A stretch of DNA of 64,000 bases from an uncultured Erysipelotrichaceae bacterium. Lineage in GTDB: Bacteria; Bacillota_I; Bacilli_A; RF39; UBA660. Below the pieces are notes generated by a model. That model saw only the letters and a program-made list of their open reading frames with translations, was not told the DNA's origin and did not search any database. Below are positions 47,597 to 57,223 of this stretch, one piece after another (position 1 is the first letter of the stretch; each line of letters opens with the position of its first letter). A program made the position numbers and the translations under genes. The stretch lies in contig CACYWH010000005.1 of assembly GCA_902778125.1 (NCBI GenBank), forward strand, positions 6,101 through 70,100, given 5' to 3'.

Positions 47597-48550
47597 AATT
47601 TTTTCCTTTTTTGTTTCTTTATTATTTTCTTTATATAATTCAACTGCCCTATCCCATTTTTGGTATTTAGGGTCATTTTTATGTGATACAACTAAATTTG
47701 ATTTAAGTAAATATTCGCCTACATAATAAGTAGAAATCTCTGCTCCTCTATGATTTAAGTGTTCTCCTTTATCTTTTGTATCATTTACCCAATCAATATC
47801 TAATAATGTATTTAAATCTAACCATTCAAGATTGTAATCTTTAGCAATTTTACTTACTATTTCATGTTTTTTCATAGACCACGCTTTTATAGATGGATTA
47901 GATATTAATATTAATTTTATATTATGTTCATCGCATAATTCAATTATTTTCTTTAAATAATACATATTTTCATCTTTAATAATTGTTTTATCATCTCGTC
48001 TATCTTTTCGATAACTTTCAATATCACTTTTTTTAGCCGGATTAAATTTAGCAATATATCTAAACCCTTTATTGTAATCAATCCAAGCATCACTTCCACC
48101 TAGTATTTTTTTCCAATTATTATGTAGCACATAAAATGGTAGCATATATTTTACTTTTTTAATGTCTTTAATTTTTCTTTTATTACTATCTGGATCTCTA
48201 AAAAACATATTAGTTTCTAAGAATACAACTTTTGGATTTTGGCTTTTAATTCCAAGAGTTAAATATTGATAAGATTCTTTCATTGTCTGACTAGATAATG
48301 AGCAATCATAACTAGTAAAACCATATTTATCATATATTAATGTTGGAGAAATAGAAGAATAAATTAAACTATCTCCTACCATAAGAGTATCTATTGTATT
48401 TTCTTCTTCATTTAGAAGTTCAAACATAGTACTATTGAAAAAACCATACTTAAATAGATTCTTTTTATTAGGAAATAATGGAATAGCTAATAATTCAACT
48501 AGTATTGCTAATATTATAAAAAATATAATTATTTTAAAATACCACTTCAT
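47585..48550 (-). CDS. DltD-like/SGNH-type membrane-anchored acyl-transfer protein of the dlt-like operon
   Basis: N-terminal TM, MVGDSLIYSS (GDS Ser motif), late DKGEHLNHRG (Asp/His). AGGAGG RBS 9 nt after the MBOAT stop. Confidence 0.6.
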   Translation of the reverse strand: MKWYFKIIIFFIILAILVELLAIPLFPNKKNLFKYGFFNSTMFELLNEEENTIDTLMVGDSLIYSSISPTLIYDKYGFTSYDCSLSSQTMKESYQYLTLGIKSQNPKVVFLETNMFFRDPDSNKRKIKDIKKVKYMLPFYVLHNNWKKILGGSDAWIDYNKGFRYIAKFNPAKKSDIESYRKDRRDDKTIIKDENMYYLKKIIELCDEHNIKLILISNPSIKAWSMKKHEIVSKIAKDYNLEWLDLNTLLDIDWVNDTKDKGEHLNHRGAEISTYYVGEYLLKSNLVVSHKNDPKYQKWDRAVELYKENNKETKKEKILIK

Positions 48551-48559
48551 TATAACCTC

Positions 48560-50140
48560 CTAAAAATCTGCATACATTGGATCAACTGGTACATAACCAT
48601 GTCCAAATGCGCCTAGTAAAAATATTGAAAAAATAAGTATGTAATATAGTGCCCATCTAACTGCAACTGGTTTTTTACTTATTTCATTTCTAACATCAAT
48701 ATTTTTTTCTTTAAATATACTTATTACAAATACAAATGTAATTCCTATTAATAACGCAATGTAATCATATATATCTAACCCAAGAGATGATATTTCACCC
48801 GTTCTAATAGACCAATCAGTAAATATTTTTTTAATCATTCCTAGTGCTATTTGCATAGTATCCGCTCTAAAGAATATTTCACCTATAAAAACCAAAAATG
48901 CCATCTTAATTGATTGAAATACTCTATATATGATATTTTCTCTATTAATATTTAATTTGTTACATATTTTAATTATTAATGGAGTAAAAATATTTCCAAG
49001 TAATATCATTAGAAAATGAAATAATCCAAATGCTAGAAAAGTATATCCTGCTCCATGCCATAGACCATTTAAAAACCAAACTACAAATAGCGCAATACTA
49101 CCACTAATTAATGGTCCAAAGTGATTACCAAGTTTTTTTCTAGCACTAATAGTTAATTTTTTCATCGGTTTAGATAATGAAATTGGATAGAATATATAAT
49201 CTCTGAACCAAGCTCCTAAACTAATATGCCATCTTGTCCAAAATTCTGATATATTTTTAGAAAAGAATGGCTGTCTAAAGTTTTCTTTAATATTAATTCC
49301 AAGTATTTCAGATGATCCAATTACTACATCCATTGTACCTGAAAATTCCATATATAGCATTACTGTATAAGCAATTGTACCTAGTAAAGATGAAAAACCA
49401 CTAAATTCTATATAGTTGTCAAATACAATTTTTACTAAGATATTTAGTCTATCTGCTATAACCATTTTTTTAAATAAGCCAAACATTATTCTCTGGTAAC
49501 CCCTACATAAGTTATCATAAGTAACATTATTACCTGCAAACATACTATCTTTTATATCAGCATATCTAGTGAAAGGCCCTTCAATTAATGTGGCAAAATA
49601 TGAAATATATAGTGCTACTTTTAAAGGATTCTTTTCTGCCTCTACTTTACCATTATATACATCTATAACATATGATAATGCAGTAAGCAACCAAAAAGAT
49701 ATACCTATAGGTGCTACAATTCTTATTATTTTAAAACTATAATCTATATGTAATAGTTTTAATAGTAAATTAGTATTAATTGAAAAGAAATTTAAATATT
49801 TATATGCAACTAAAAAAGAAACATTTATTAAAATATATATAATTAATAATAATTTCTTTTTAAATTTAAATTTATTCTTGATTTCCTTTTTCTCTTCACT
49901 ATTAGCATTATTTAATAATAATTCTTTCTTTTCTTCCAATTTATTTATAAATAATGCACTTATATATGTAGTTAATATTGTAATAAATAATATTACAATA
50001 AGTTTTTTACTTATATAAAAGAATAATGCAAAACTAACTAAAAGTAAGAAAATATATCTAAATTTCTTAGGAACTATACTATATATTATTACTACCGCAG
50101 GTATAACTAGAAACAAATAATATATACTAAGATATGACAT
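48560..50140 (-). CDS. MBOAT family membrane O-acyltransferase (DltB/AlgI-like)
   Basis: 526 aa, polytopic. TRWHISLGAWFRDYIFYPI and LNGLWHGAGYTF conserved His motifs. Confidence 0.85.
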   Translation of the reverse strand: MSYLSIYYLFLVIPAVVIIYSIVPKKFRYIFLLLVSFALFFYISKKLIVILFITILTTYISALFINKLEEKKELLLNNANSEEKKEIKNKFKFKKKLLLIIYILINVSFLVAYKYLNFFSINTNLLLKLLHIDYSFKIIRIVAPIGISFWLLTALSYVIDVYNGKVEAEKNPLKVALYISYFATLIEGPFTRYADIKDSMFAGNNVTYDNLCRGYQRIMFGLFKKMVIADRLNILVKIVFDNYIEFSGFSSLLGTIAYTVMLYMEFSGTMDVVIGSSEILGINIKENFRQPFFSKNISEFWTRWHISLGAWFRDYIFYPISLSKPMKKLTISARKKLGNHFGPLISGSIALFVVWFLNGLWHGAGYTFLAFGLFHFLMILLGNIFTPLIIKICNKLNINRENIIYRVFQSIKMAFLVFIGEIFFRADTMQIALGMIKKIFTDWSIRTGEISSLGLDIYDYIALLIGITFVFVISIFKEKNIDVRNEISKKPVAVRWALYYILIFSIFLLGAFGHGYVPVDPMYADF

Positions 50141-50143
50141 TTT

Positions 50144-50371
50144 TTATTCCTCTTTTAATCTTTCGATTAATTCCCACATTTTTTTAGCTGAATTAAAATT
50201 AGCAGGTATGATTTCAACTGTAGGTATTTCTACATCAAATTCATCTTCTATTTCTGAAACTAAAGATAATATAGTAAGTGAATCTAAATATCTACCATCT
50301 ATTAAATTGTCTACTGTTTCATAATCAACTTCTGGTTGTAACCCTTCTAAAATTTCAATTAATTTTTCCAT
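50144..50371 (-). CDS. Acyl/aminoacyl carrier protein (DltC-like)
   Basis: 75 aa, acidic, phosphopantetheine Ser in YLDSLTILSLV. Confidence 0.8.
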   Translation of the reverse strand: MEKLIEILEGLQPEVDYETVDNLIDGRYLDSLTILSLVSEIEDEFDVEIPTVEIIPANFNSAKKMWELIERLKEE

Positions 50372-50379
50372 AATACATC

Positions 50380-51546
50380 CTACTCCTTTACTTCATAATT
50401 TGGAAAATTTATTTCACTAGTTTTAATTGTATTTCTAACTAATTTATACTCTTTATTTTTATTATAAATTAATATTTTAGGTAAATCTCTACTTAAGAAT
50501 AATGATATACCCTCCGTAGAAGAATAAGCTCCAACATTTTTAAATACAAATATGTCTCCTACTTCTACTTTTCTTACACTAAGATTCTTTACTAAGACAT
50601 CATTAATTGTACAAAGTGATCCATATATATTGTAAATATCACTATCAGCTTTTCTTTTAGGTAATACTTCTAAATGAGGTATTTTCATAGCAAGAGTGCT
50701 GCCATAATATACCAAATGATTTATTCCACCATCCACTATTGCAAAATTGCCATTTTGATTTGATTTTAAATCAACTACTGTAGTTAGGTAATTACCACAT
50801 GATGCTGCAATACTTCTACCAATTTCCAAAAGAACCTTTTTATTTTTAATTCTACTTAGTGCTTCATTTACTTCTTTAAAGAACTCATCTTCATCAAATT
50901 CATCGCCTTCATAATAGAAAATTGGAAGACCTGGTCCATATTCAATTTCTTCAAATGTAATATTATATTCTTTTTCCATTTCATTACTAAAAAGTATTAA
51001 ATAATCTATTTCCTTATTTATTCTCTTTATAGAATGTTTCTGTGTTCCGGAAAAATATTCTATACCTTTAATTACTAAATTTTTATTATTTGCTATTATA
51101 TGTTTAAAATCTTCTTCGCTTACACCAAATTGATTGCCAGATGTAAGTCGTATCAATACATTTAATTTTTTATTATATTTGATAGATAATTCATCAAGAA
51201 TTTCAAAGTGTTCAATAGATTCAATTGTATATCTATTAATGTCGTAATTCTTAACTAAAGATTCAATAAATTCATAATTTTTATATACACCAGATATTAC
51301 CATTTTATTATGATTAATATTAAGATTGTTACATATTTCAAATTCACCTGGAGAACATATTTCAAATTTATCAATCATTGATTCTACTTCTTTTGCAATA
51401 AATGTATTTGCTTTAACTGCATAAACAAGACTTATATCATTACTGAAAGATTTTTTTAAATGATCAATTCGCTTGTCTAATTCATTAATATCATAAACAT
51501 ATATTGGAGTCCCAAATTTTTTAGTTATATAATCATAATCTATCAT
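50380..51546 (-). CDS. Fold-type III PLP-dependent decarboxylase family protein (Orn/DAP/Arg decarboxylase-like)
   Basis: TPIYVYD...LVYAVKANT (PLP Lys), LEIGRSIAA (EPGR-like), IVDGGINHLVYYG, CTINDVL, VGAYSS. ATGA overlap with the adenylase gene. The usual HxGS motif is not evident (reads YFSGTQ). Confidence 0.7.
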   Translation of the reverse strand: MIDYDYITKKFGTPIYVYDINELDKRIDHLKKSFSNDISLVYAVKANTFIAKEVESMIDKFEICSPGEFEICNNLNINHNKMVISGVYKNYEFIESLVKNYDINRYTIESIEHFEILDELSIKYNKKLNVLIRLTSGNQFGVSEEDFKHIIANNKNLVIKGIEYFSGTQKHSIKRINKEIDYLILFSNEMEKEYNITFEEIEYGPGLPIFYYEGDEFDEDEFFKEVNEALSRIKNKKVLLEIGRSIAASCGNYLTTVVDLKSNQNGNFAIVDGGINHLVYYGSTLAMKIPHLEVLPKRKADSDIYNIYGSLCTINDVLVKNLSVRKVEVGDIFVFKNVGAYSSTEGISLFLSRDLPKILIYNKNKEYKLVRNTIKTSEINFPNYEVKE

Positions 51547-53060
51547 TTTGAACTCTCCTTATATAATTGCATTAGTTTTTTTCTATCTATCTTACCATTT
51601 TTAGTCATTGGAAACTCTTCCATTTGTATTAATAAAGTTGGAATCATAAATGCAGGTAATACTTCTTTCAATTTAGCATGTAAATCTTTTTTACTGATAT
51701 CTCCTATATAAAAACCATATAGTTTTGATTTTTCAGAATCAAATATTGTACAACTTCTAATTACTTCATCATATTTCATAAGAGCTTTATCAATTTCTTC
51801 AAGTTCTATTCTATGCCCCAAGTATTTTATTTGAAAATCTTTTCTACCATTAAACATAAGTTCATTATTTTCATTATAATAAGCAAGATCTCCAGTTCTA
51901 TATATTAATTCAATATAATTATTAATATTAGGATTTTGAATAAAATGAGAATCAGTTTGTTCGTGATTATTAAAATATCCAAGAGCAAGTGATGTGCCAC
52001 TTACGCATAATTCCCCTACTTTATTTGGAACTGTTATTTCTTTATTTTCATCATCAAGTAAAAATACTCTTTCATTAGGAAATGCTTTTCCTATTGGAAT
52101 TTTATCATCATAATCTCTATTTCTATCAATTATATAATAAGTACAATTACAAGTTATTTCTGTAGGACCATAAATATTTACAAACATTGTATTTGGTAAA
52201 TGTTCCATCCAAAGTTTTAAATGCTTAATAGGCATTACTTCACCACTAAATAGTATCTTATTTACTGTATCAGGCACTTTATAATCAAGCCCATGAAATG
52301 TAGTTATTAAACATAATGCTGAAACAGCCCAAGTCATAGTAGTAATTTTATTATCACATAAATAATCGAGTAACATAACTGGATTAGAAAAGTATTTTTT
52401 AGGTACTATTACTAGTGTTGCTCCTACTCTTAAAGCACTATAAATATCTTTAACAGATACATCAAAATCAAAAGGTGCTTGATTAGCAATTATATCTTCT
52501 TCTTTAAAGTTAAACATAGTTGTATATTTATCAATAAAGTCTATTACTGATCTATGAGAAATTACAACTCCTTTAGGAACACCGGTTGAACCCGATGTAA
52601 AATTAACATATAAGGGGTCATAATTAATATGCTTATTTAATGCATTATTTATACTTTCTTCATTATATTTATTTTCTTTTAAATCTTTAATATTATATAC
52701 ATTTAAATCACTAAAATATTTTTTAGCAGCATCCATATTTTCATCATTCGTTATAACATTCTTAGATTTAATTACATCCTTTATTTGTAATATTCTATTT
52801 TCTGGCAATTCTGGATTAATTAACGTGTAATAACATCCTGCATAGACGCTTCCAAAGAAAGAAATAAGAGTATCTATTCCTTTATCCATAAAAATTATTA
52901 TTGGTTCATTAAAAGTATTTCTTTCAGAAAAAAAACTTCCTACATTCAAACTATATTTATTTAAATCATTATATGTAATTTTTTCATCTTCACATATAAC
53001 TGCAATTTTATCACTATATTTTAACACTGAATTTTTTAAATAATCAATAACACTATACAT
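51543..53060 (-). CDS. Amino acid adenylation enzyme / carrier-protein ligase (DltA-like)
   Basis: FTSGSTGVPKG, APFDFDVSV, YGPTE, YRTGDLA, GRKDFQIKYLGHRIELEEI, NGKIDRKKL. 505 aa stand-alone A domain. Confidence 0.85.
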   Translation of the reverse strand: MYSVIDYLKNSVLKYSDKIAVICEDEKITYNDLNKYSLNVGSFFSERNTFNEPIIIFMDKGIDTLISFFGSVYAGCYYTLINPELPENRILQIKDVIKSKNVITNDENMDAAKKYFSDLNVYNIKDLKENKYNEESINNALNKHINYDPLYVNFTSGSTGVPKGVVISHRSVIDFIDKYTTMFNFKEEDIIANQAPFDFDVSVKDIYSALRVGATLVIVPKKYFSNPVMLLDYLCDNKITTMTWAVSALCLITTFHGLDYKVPDTVNKILFSGEVMPIKHLKLWMEHLPNTMFVNIYGPTEITCNCTYYIIDRNRDYDDKIPIGKAFPNERVFLLDDENKEITVPNKVGELCVSGTSLALGYFNNHEQTDSHFIQNPNINNYIELIYRTGDLAYYNENNELMFNGRKDFQIKYLGHRIELEEIDKALMKYDEVIRSCTIFDSEKSKLYGFYIGDISKKDLHAKLKEVLPAFMIPTLLIQMEEFPMTKNGKIDRKKLMQLYKESSK

Positions 53061-53103
53061 ACTTCATATCCTCATTGTTTCATTTATCTATCACAATTTT
53101 ATC

Positions 53104-53140
53104 ACAAAAAAATAAAAGTAACAACATTATTGTTACTTTT
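53104..53140 (-). terminator. Rho-independent terminator separating the 447-aa gene from the dlt-like operon
   Basis: Minus strand: AAAGTAACA-(7 nt)-TGTTACTTT hairpin followed by TATTTTTTT. Confidence 0.6.
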
Positions 53141-53154
53141 TGTATATTGAGTTT

Positions 53155-54498
53155 TTATTTTAATACGCGAATATAATTTTTTTCATTTTTTATGAAGTTT
53201 CTAAAAATCCAATAGTCTTCTCTATCTGAGTAATCATCAAGTAATTTTAAAACTTCAGAATCTTTTGTAAGTGAATAATAACTCTTAATTATAGCTAATT
53301 TTACAAGTCTATCATTATAATCATATAATCCATCAAATATATCCACTATTAGTGATTTAACTAATATTCTAAACCATTCTAAATCATAATATATGTTCTC
53401 TGAATTTATGTATCCATTATAAGCATTATTATATGTGTTTTCAAATCCTTCTTCAGTTAATAATTTATAAGAGGAATTATCAAGTAAATATAATAGCTTT
53501 AATTTGATTGATTTTAATCCATGAACATCACTAAATCCAAATAATCTATCTACCTCATTTAATTTTTTTATTAAGTCTAGGTAAAATAATAGCGTTGTAT
53601 TATCCCTTGGAGTATATACAAACCCCTTATTTTTAAATGAATCTTTTCTAAATTCCTCCATATTATATCTTTGATTTTCTTCTTCAGTAATACTTGAATC
53701 ATAATTACCATATTTTATAAGTAATTCATTTATATCATCGTATAATCTATAATCTTCAATACCAGAATCGATTTGGTTAAATATTGCAAACATGTATGAA
53801 CTATTTAACACTTCATCTAAATAATTAAATGAATCAGGGAATAATTTATCGGGTTCAATCGTCCTGTCTATAGGGTAATAATTTATTAGATAATTTGATG
53901 GTAACATTTGTGTAGCATCAGAAAGAGCATCCTCTAGATAATCTGTATCTTTATGCATTAATATAGAATAAAATTCATCTCTTTTTTGTAATAATAATCT
54001 AATATTCTTTTTCCTTTTATTTTTAAATTCATCATCACAAATATCATCATAAGCAAATGATAAATAATATTCTGCTAATTTATTCTCTATTTCTTCTACT
54101 TTCATAAGTTTATCTGATATCTTAGTAGCGCCAATTAACGTTTTAAGTTCAATATCATTTCTAACAAAATCAATTATTGATGATAAAAAAGGATAATTAA
54201 ATGTTTCTAGTAAATAATATAATTCATCTTTAGAAACATTATCATTTAATATAATATATCCATCTTTAACTTGTAGTATATCATCATATTTTTTATTAAG
54301 TTTTGATAATGAATCCATATCATTCAACATAGCAAAATGATATTCGTTCGAAGCATAATTTGCTCTTTCTAGAAATATAGGAATAAATCTTTCAATATTA
54401 TTTATACTAATTTTACCTTTTCCATTAAATCTTTTACAAATTAATAATGTAAGTAATATTATAAAATCATATCTAATTATGTATTTTTCTTTTTCCAT
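53155..54498 (-). CDS. Hypothetical 447-aa protein, no recognisable domain
   Basis: GGGGGAG RBS. Soluble, Asp/Tyr/Asn-rich. Divergent from murC. Confidence 0.5.
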   Translation of the reverse strand: MEKEKYIIRYDFIILLTLLICKRFNGKGKISINNIERFIPIFLERANYASNEYHFAMLNDMDSLSKLNKKYDDILQVKDGYIILNDNVSKDELYYLLETFNYPFLSSIIDFVRNDIELKTLIGATKISDKLMKVEEIENKLAEYYLSFAYDDICDDEFKNKRKKNIRLLLQKRDEFYSILMHKDTDYLEDALSDATQMLPSNYLINYYPIDRTIEPDKLFPDSFNYLDEVLNSSYMFAIFNQIDSGIEDYRLYDDINELLIKYGNYDSSITEEENQRYNMEEFRKDSFKNKGFVYTPRDNTTLLFYLDLIKKLNEVDRLFGFSDVHGLKSIKLKLLYLLDNSSYKLLTEEGFENTYNNAYNGYINSENIYYDLEWFRILVKSLIVDIFDGLYDYNDRLVKLAIIKSYYSLTKDSEVLKLLDDYSDREDYWIFRNFIKNEKNYIRVLK

Positions 54499-54588
54499 GA
54501 CTCCCCCAATGTATGAAATTTATTATAATTCAAAAGAAATTATTTGTCCATATAAATATTTATAGTATAATTATATTAGGTGATAAAT

Positions 54589-55881
54589 ATGATATATTAT
54601 TTTATTGGAATTAAAGGTAGTGGTATGAGTGCACTTGCTTGTATTATGCATGATTTAGGATATAAAGTAATGGGAAGTGATAAAAAAGACCATTTCTTCA
54701 CTGAAGAAGAATTATTAAAAAGAAATATTAAATTGTTAGAATTTAATGAAAATAATATTAAAAAAGATATGATTATAGTACAAGGCAATGCTTTTACTAT
54801 GGATAATGTTGAGGTTAAAAAAGCACATGAGTTAAATTTAAAAATATATACATATCAAGAAATGATTGCTTTTATAACAAATAATACAAAATTAATTGCA
54901 GTAAGTGGTTGTCATGGTAAAACATCCACAACAACTATGTTTAAAAATGTTTTAAATCCATTTGGAGTCAATTATTTAATTGGAGATGGAAGTGGCTTTG
55001 CTAATAAAGAAAATGAATATTTTGCTTTAGAAGCATGTGAATATAAAAGACATTTCTTATCATATAATCCATACTATTCTATTGTGACAAATGTTGAATT
55101 AGATCACACAGACTATTATAAAGATTTAGATGATGTAATAGATGCATTTAATGAATTTATTAATAAAACAAAAAATACAGTAATTATGTGTGGTGATGAT
55201 CAAAACGTAAGAAGATTAAAAACAAGCAAAAAGGTATTATATTATGGATTTAATAATGAAAATGATGTTACATTAAAAAATATTAAATATGATAATAATA
55301 ATACAATTGCTGATATATATATTAATAATAAATTATATATTAATGCTACATTTCCATTCAATGCAGATCATTTATTATTAAATGCTTTATCTGTAGTAGC
55401 TGTTTGCTATTTGGAAAACTTAGACAAAGAAATAGTTAAAGAACAAATATCTAAAATAGAACATGCTAAAAGAAGATTTATAGAAGAAAAATTTAAATCT
55501 AATATACTTATTGATGATTATGCTCATCATCCAACTGAAGTAAAAGTTACAATTGAAGCCGCTAAGAAAAAATATCCAAGTAAAAAAATAATTGCAATTT
55601 TTAAAGCCCATACCAAGTCTAGAGTTAAATATTTTTATAAAGAATTTGCAGATGCTCTTAATTTAGCAGATAAGGCATATGTAATGGATATAGGCGAAGA
55701 TAGGTGTGAAGTTGGATATGATGATGTTGATTGCAATCTTATAATTAATAACCTTAATAATGGTGAACATATATCACTAGAAGAAGTAGATAAATTATTA
55801 GAATATAAAGATTCTGTATTGTTATTTATGAGTAGTAAAGATATATATGTACTTGAAAATAAATATAAAGAAATTGCGTAA
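54589..55881 (+). CDS. murC: UDP-N-acetylmuramate--L-alanine ligase
   Basis: YFIGIKGSGMSALA, VSGCHGKTSTT, DDYAHHPTE. Start moved to ATG 54589, after AGGTGA. Confidence 0.9.
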   Translation: MIYYFIGIKGSGMSALACIMHDLGYKVMGSDKKDHFFTEEELLKRNIKLLEFNENNIKKDMIIVQGNAFTMDNVEVKKAHELNLKIYTYQEMIAFITNNTKLIAVSGCHGKTSTTTMFKNVLNPFGVNYLIGDGSGFANKENEYFALEACEYKRHFLSYNPYYSIVTNVELDHTDYYKDLDDVIDAFNEFINKTKNTVIMCGDDQNVRRLKTSKKVLYYGFNNENDVTLKNIKYDNNNTIADIYINNKLYINATFPFNADHLLLNALSVVAVCYLENLDKEIVKEQISKIEHAKRRFIEEKFKSNILIDDYAHHPTEVKVTIEAAKKKYPSKKIIAIFKAHTKSRVKYFYKEFADALNLADKAYVMDIGEDRCEVGYDDVDCNLIINNLNNGEHISLEEVDKLLEYKDSVLLFMSSKDIYVLENKYKEIA

Positions 55882-55895
55882 TGCAATTTTTTTAT

Positions 55896-55923
55896 ATAAA
55901 AAAAGAAGAGAACTACTCTCTTC
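55896..55923 (-). terminator. Rho-independent terminator of the 141-aa gene
   Basis: Minus strand: GAAGAGA-gtagt-TCTCTTC hairpin followed by TTTTTTT. It includes the stop codon. Confidence 0.55.
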
Positions 55924-56338
55924 CTTCTAATCTACATAATAAATCTATTTTAAACATTTCTTTTTGTGCATTTGCTTTTGATATCATTATACCTTTATAA
56001 GCAGTTAATTCTGATTTATGACCATCTAATAATATATCTTTTGGTTCTAAATTATTTAACATTACTATATTACTATTCTTATAAACAGTATAATTTAGCT
56101 TAACAGCACCATATACTTTAACAAATAAATCATCAGTTGGAAGTCTTAAATCATATGTTTCTGTTTGCTCATGTTTATTTATAGAAATTAATTCTCCATC
56201 AAATTCCCCACTTCTTAATTTTGGATAGAAATCAAACATTAATTTCTTATAAGCAACCATATTATATTTTTTTAAACTTCTTTCTAATTTTTTAAAATTA
56301 TTTTCATCTAAATAATCTAAAATATATCTACCTTTCAT
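55913..56338 (-). CDS. Hypothetical 141-aa protein
   Basis: AAGGGGG RBS, own consensus promoter and terminator. No recognised motif. Confidence 0.5.
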   Translation of the reverse strand: MKGRYILDYLDENNFKKLERSLKKYNMVAYKKLMFDFYPKLRSGEFDGELISINKHEQTETYDLRLPTDDLFVKVYGAVKLNYTVYKNSNIVMLNNLEPKDILLDGHKSELTAYKGIMISKANAQKEMFKIDLLCRLEGRE

Positions 56339-56370
56339 AAATCATAACCCCCTTAATGATTTGTAACTAG

Positions 56371-56399
56371 ATTATAGCATAATTTAATCAATTTGTCAA
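56371..56399 (-). promoter_or_regulatory. Consensus sigma-A promoter of the 141-aa gene
   Basis: Minus strand: TTGACA (56399-56394), 17-nt spacer, TGcTATAAT (-10 at 56376-56371). Confidence 0.7.
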
Positions 56400-56423
56400 A
56401 TTCTTTGTATCAATATCGATACA

Positions 56424-57095
56424 CTATATATTTTCTTTTTTATCTACTAATTTTAATATTCTACTTTTTCTTTTTAAATTAACAAGTTCTCTTACTGTTT
56501 GTTCTAATTGTTCTAATTCATTTGTATCTAAATCCATTATAGCCTTAACAATGTCTTTCTTTTCTGGTTCTTTAACTGTTTCTTTTACAACTTGAATACT
56601 ACCTTCAAAAGGCGTTATTGATAAACTGTCGTCTCTTTTAATTTCATATTTAACATCTTCTTCGTGAGTATTTAATAATTCTAAGCCATTTCTTCTTGCA
56701 ACATATTTTTCAGGTTTTTCAAATCCAACAACTGGTTCAGACACCAATGTTGGTTTACCAATACTCTTGGCAAGCTCTTCTCTTGCCATTTCCTCTTCAA
56801 GTTCATCTCTAGTTATATAATTTCCTTCTCTAATTTCATTTCTAGATGCAACATATACTGGATCATCATTTTTAGTTAAATTATACGCCTTAATAGCATA
56901 ATAAAATGGAATAAATCCTTTTAAGAAATTTGTCATTCCCTCATTGAACTTATACATACTATTTTTCTTTCTTAGTATATATCCTTCATCAATTAATTTC
57001 TTATTTACAAGTGGTCTAACTGTTTCAATAACAGAAAGCCCATATGCAGTAGATAATAATTGTGCAACTATATATATAATAATTAAATCTTTCAT
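56424..57095 (-). CDS. Hypothetical protein, N-terminal TM and acidic C-terminal region
   Basis: AAGGGGGAA RBS. No recognised motif. Confidence 0.5.
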   Translation of the reverse strand: MKDLIIIYIVAQLLSTAYGLSVIETVRPLVNKKLIDEGYILRKKNSMYKFNEGMTNFLKGFIPFYYAIKAYNLTKNDDPVYVASRNEIREGNYITRDELEEEMAREELAKSIGKPTLVSEPVVGFEKPEKYVARRNGLELLNTHEEDVKYEIKRDDSLSITPFEGSIQVVKETVKEPEKKDIVKAIMDLDTNELEQLEQTVRELVNLKRKSRILKLVDKKENI

Positions 57096-57145
57096 TTTAT
57101 TTTCCCCCTTATACTTTTAAATATCCCATCTAAAAATATGTGCAT

Positions 57146-57174
57146 ATTATATCAAAAATGGCACATAATGTCAA
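57146..57174 (-). promoter_or_regulatory. Consensus sigma-A promoter of the 223-aa gene
   Basis: Minus strand: TTGACA (57174-57169), 17-nt spacer, TGaTATAAT (-10 at 57151-57146). Flanked by an imperfect inverted repeat TATGTGC(C)A / TGCACATA. Confidence 0.7.
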
Positions 57175-57191
57175 ATTTATATATAAAAATC

Positions 57192-57220
57192 AAAAAAATA
57201 TTAGATGTTTTTCTAATATT
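57192..57220 (-). terminator. Rho-independent terminator after dnaI
   Basis: Minus strand: AATATTAGA-aaaaca-TCTAATATT hairpin followed by TTTTTTGATTTTT. Confidence 0.6.
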
Positions 57221-57223
57221 TTA

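Noticed and set aside
50380-51546. PLP enzyme as ordinary housekeeping diaminopimelate decarboxylase (lysA)
   Set aside because: This is not fully excluded. However, the gene is shorter (388 aa) than typical LysA, lacks the canonical HxGS and GGG motifs, and is translationally coupled (ATGA overlap) inside an adenylase, carrier and MBOAT operon rather than sitting with lysine-biosynthesis genes.
53061-53113. Direct repeat TTGTGATA-aaa-TTGTGATAGA upstream of the dlt-like operon as a regulator binding site
   Set aside because: There are only two short AT-rich copies overlapping a poorly defined promoter. I cannot distinguish this from chance without comparative data, so it is not reported as a feature.
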